The position numbers were made by a program, and so were the translations under genes. Below the pieces are notes generated by a model. It ran no database searches. It was given only the letters and a program-made list of their open reading frames with translations, and was not told the DNA's origin. From Macrostomum hystrix (taxonomy: Eukaryota; Animalia; Platyhelminthes), in assembly GCA_950097015.1 (NCBI GenBank), contig CATNEN010000038.1:30628001-30692000 (forward strand): a stretch of 64,000 nt of DNA, read 5' to 3'. Shown here piece after piece: positions 62,265-64,000 of this stretch; position 1 is the first letter of the stretch, and each line of letters starts with the position of its first letter.

Positions 62265-63250
62265 ATGAGACAGGGTGAGAGTTTCTAGAAGACAAGAGAG
62301 AGATAAGACGGGGGAGATTCTCGATGAGAGAGATCAGACATAGGAGAGATGAGACAGGGGAGAGATGAGACAGTGGAGAGATGAGACAGGTGAGAGATGA
62401 GACAGGGGAGAGATGAGACAGGGGAGAGATGAGACAGGAGAGAGATGAGACAGTGGAGAGATGAGACAGGGGAGAGATTAGACAGGGGAGAGATGAGACA
62501 GGGGAGAGATGAGACAGAGGAGAGATAAGACAGGAGAGAGATGAGACAGTGGAGAGATGAGACAGTGGAGTGATAAGACGGGGGGAGATTCTCGATGAGA
62601 GAGATCAGACATAGGAGAGATGAGACAGCGGAGAGATGAGACAGGGGAGAGATGAGACAGGGGAGAGATGAGACAGGAGAGAGATGAGACAAAGGAGAGA
62701 TGAGACGGGAGAGATTAGACAGGGGAGAGATTAGACAGGGGAGAGATTAGACAGGGGAGAGATTAGACAGGGGAGAGATGAGACAGGGGAGAGATGAGAC
62801 AGTGGAGAGATTAGACAGGCGAGAGATCAGACATAGGGGAGATGAGACAGGGGAGAGATGAGACAGTGGAGAGATTAGACAGGGGAGAGATTAGACAGGG
62901 GAGAGATGAGACAGGGGAGAGATGAGACAGGAGAGAGATGAGACAGTGGAGAGATGAGACAGTGGAGTGATAAGACGGGGGAGATTCTCGATGAGAGAGA
63001 TCAGACATAGGAGAGATGAGACAGGGGAGAGATCAGACATAGGGGAGATGAGACAGGGGAGAGATTAGACAGGGGAGAGATGAGACAGGGGAGAGATTAG
63101 ACAGGGGAGAGATTAGACAGGGGAGAGATTAGACAGGGGAGAGATGAGACAGGGGAGAGATGAGACAGGGGAGAGATGAGACAGGGGAGATCAGACATGA
63201 CTGGGATTTAAGACAGGGAACGCGGGATGAGATGTAGAGATGAGACAGAT
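62265..63250. repeat. 16-bp family minisatellite, GAGACAGGGGAGAGAT orientation
   Basis: Seen directly. Confidence 0.92.
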
Positions 63251-64000
63251 AATTATTTTGTTGTAGTTAAGAGCCTGGGCTAGATTTATGAGCTTAGCGT
63301 GCTTTTCCATCGAAGAAAGTAAGAATGACCAGAATAGCAGAATAAAATCAATGGGTAGTGCCTGGTCGACACTCCTGACACATATTGACAATTATAGGAA
63401 ATCATCTTCCGGCAGCAATTGACATTGCAATCGAGAGAGTCTTAGCAATCTACCTAGTCTATTGTTGGCAAGCTATTCACAATGTTCACAATTTTTTCGA
63501 TCGATTTTAAAAAGTTGCTTGAAATGTGGCCTTCTTTTGTTGCTGGGGTCTACAGTACAGCTCCCTTACTATTCTTTCCTTCTCTTTATTTCTTCTAGGG
63601 AAAGGTGCCATGAAGTAAAATTGCTTCCGCTTTCCTGATTTCCATCTTTCCTGAAGATGCAGCAGGGTACTCAAATTAAGCTATGGAGATAGGCGAGTTT
63701 AGAAAGGGAGAGAGAATAAAGAGAACAGGGGATAGTTAGCGAGGAAGAGAGATGAGAGATGAGATGAGAGATGAGAGGTGAGATGGACAGTGGGGAGAGA
63801 ATTTAAAAGAGAGGCGGAGAAGTAGACGCTGAGGTAGAGAAGTGGACTCAAGGAAGGAGGCAGAGAGAAGACAAGAAGATAAAAATGTTTGATATTGTGG
63901 AAGAGATGAAGGAATGGGACATTGAGAAGGACCTCTCTTTTCTGTACTCTTAAAATAGTAATAATCCTTTATCAATAATTAATAATAGTAATAATCGATT

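Noticed and set aside
63191-63391. Hydrophobic minus-strand ORF as the signal-peptide exon of gene 1
   Set aside because: No ATG start before the hydrophobic stretch and no suitable phase-1 donor after it

Overview
Eukaryotic (animal) genomic DNA, AT-rich and dominated by tandem minisatellite/microsatellite arrays; most of the long ORFs in the track are repeat artefacts. The style resembles repeat-rich flatworm genomes such as Macrostomum, but that is inference only. Real content: (1) a minus-strand, spliced echinoid-like cell-adhesion gene (7 Ig + 2 FN3 + TM + PPxY + C-terminal RKVIYEVVV PDZ-binding motif), with coding exons from 59836 down to 24194 and its signal-peptide exon probably outside the window; (2) the first two coding exons (signal peptide, Ig1) of a tandem paralog starting at 12023 and running off the left edge; (3) a near-intact 6.15-kb LOA-clade non-LTR retrotransposon (37850-44000, + strand) in the 29-kb intron of gene 1, inserted into a 16-bp minisatellite; (4) tRNA-derived SINEs, including a CORE-like family; (5) about 35 tandem arrays. 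The most notable object is the retroelement 5' end. It folds into a complete HDV-like self-cleaving ribozyme whose predicted cleavage site (G37850) coincides with the element/target junction. The ribozyme has an A-U covariant P1.1 and a ~155-nt structured J1/2 insertion, and is followed by 97-bp structured repeats. ORF1 and ORF2 lie in one reading frame broken only by two UAG codons.
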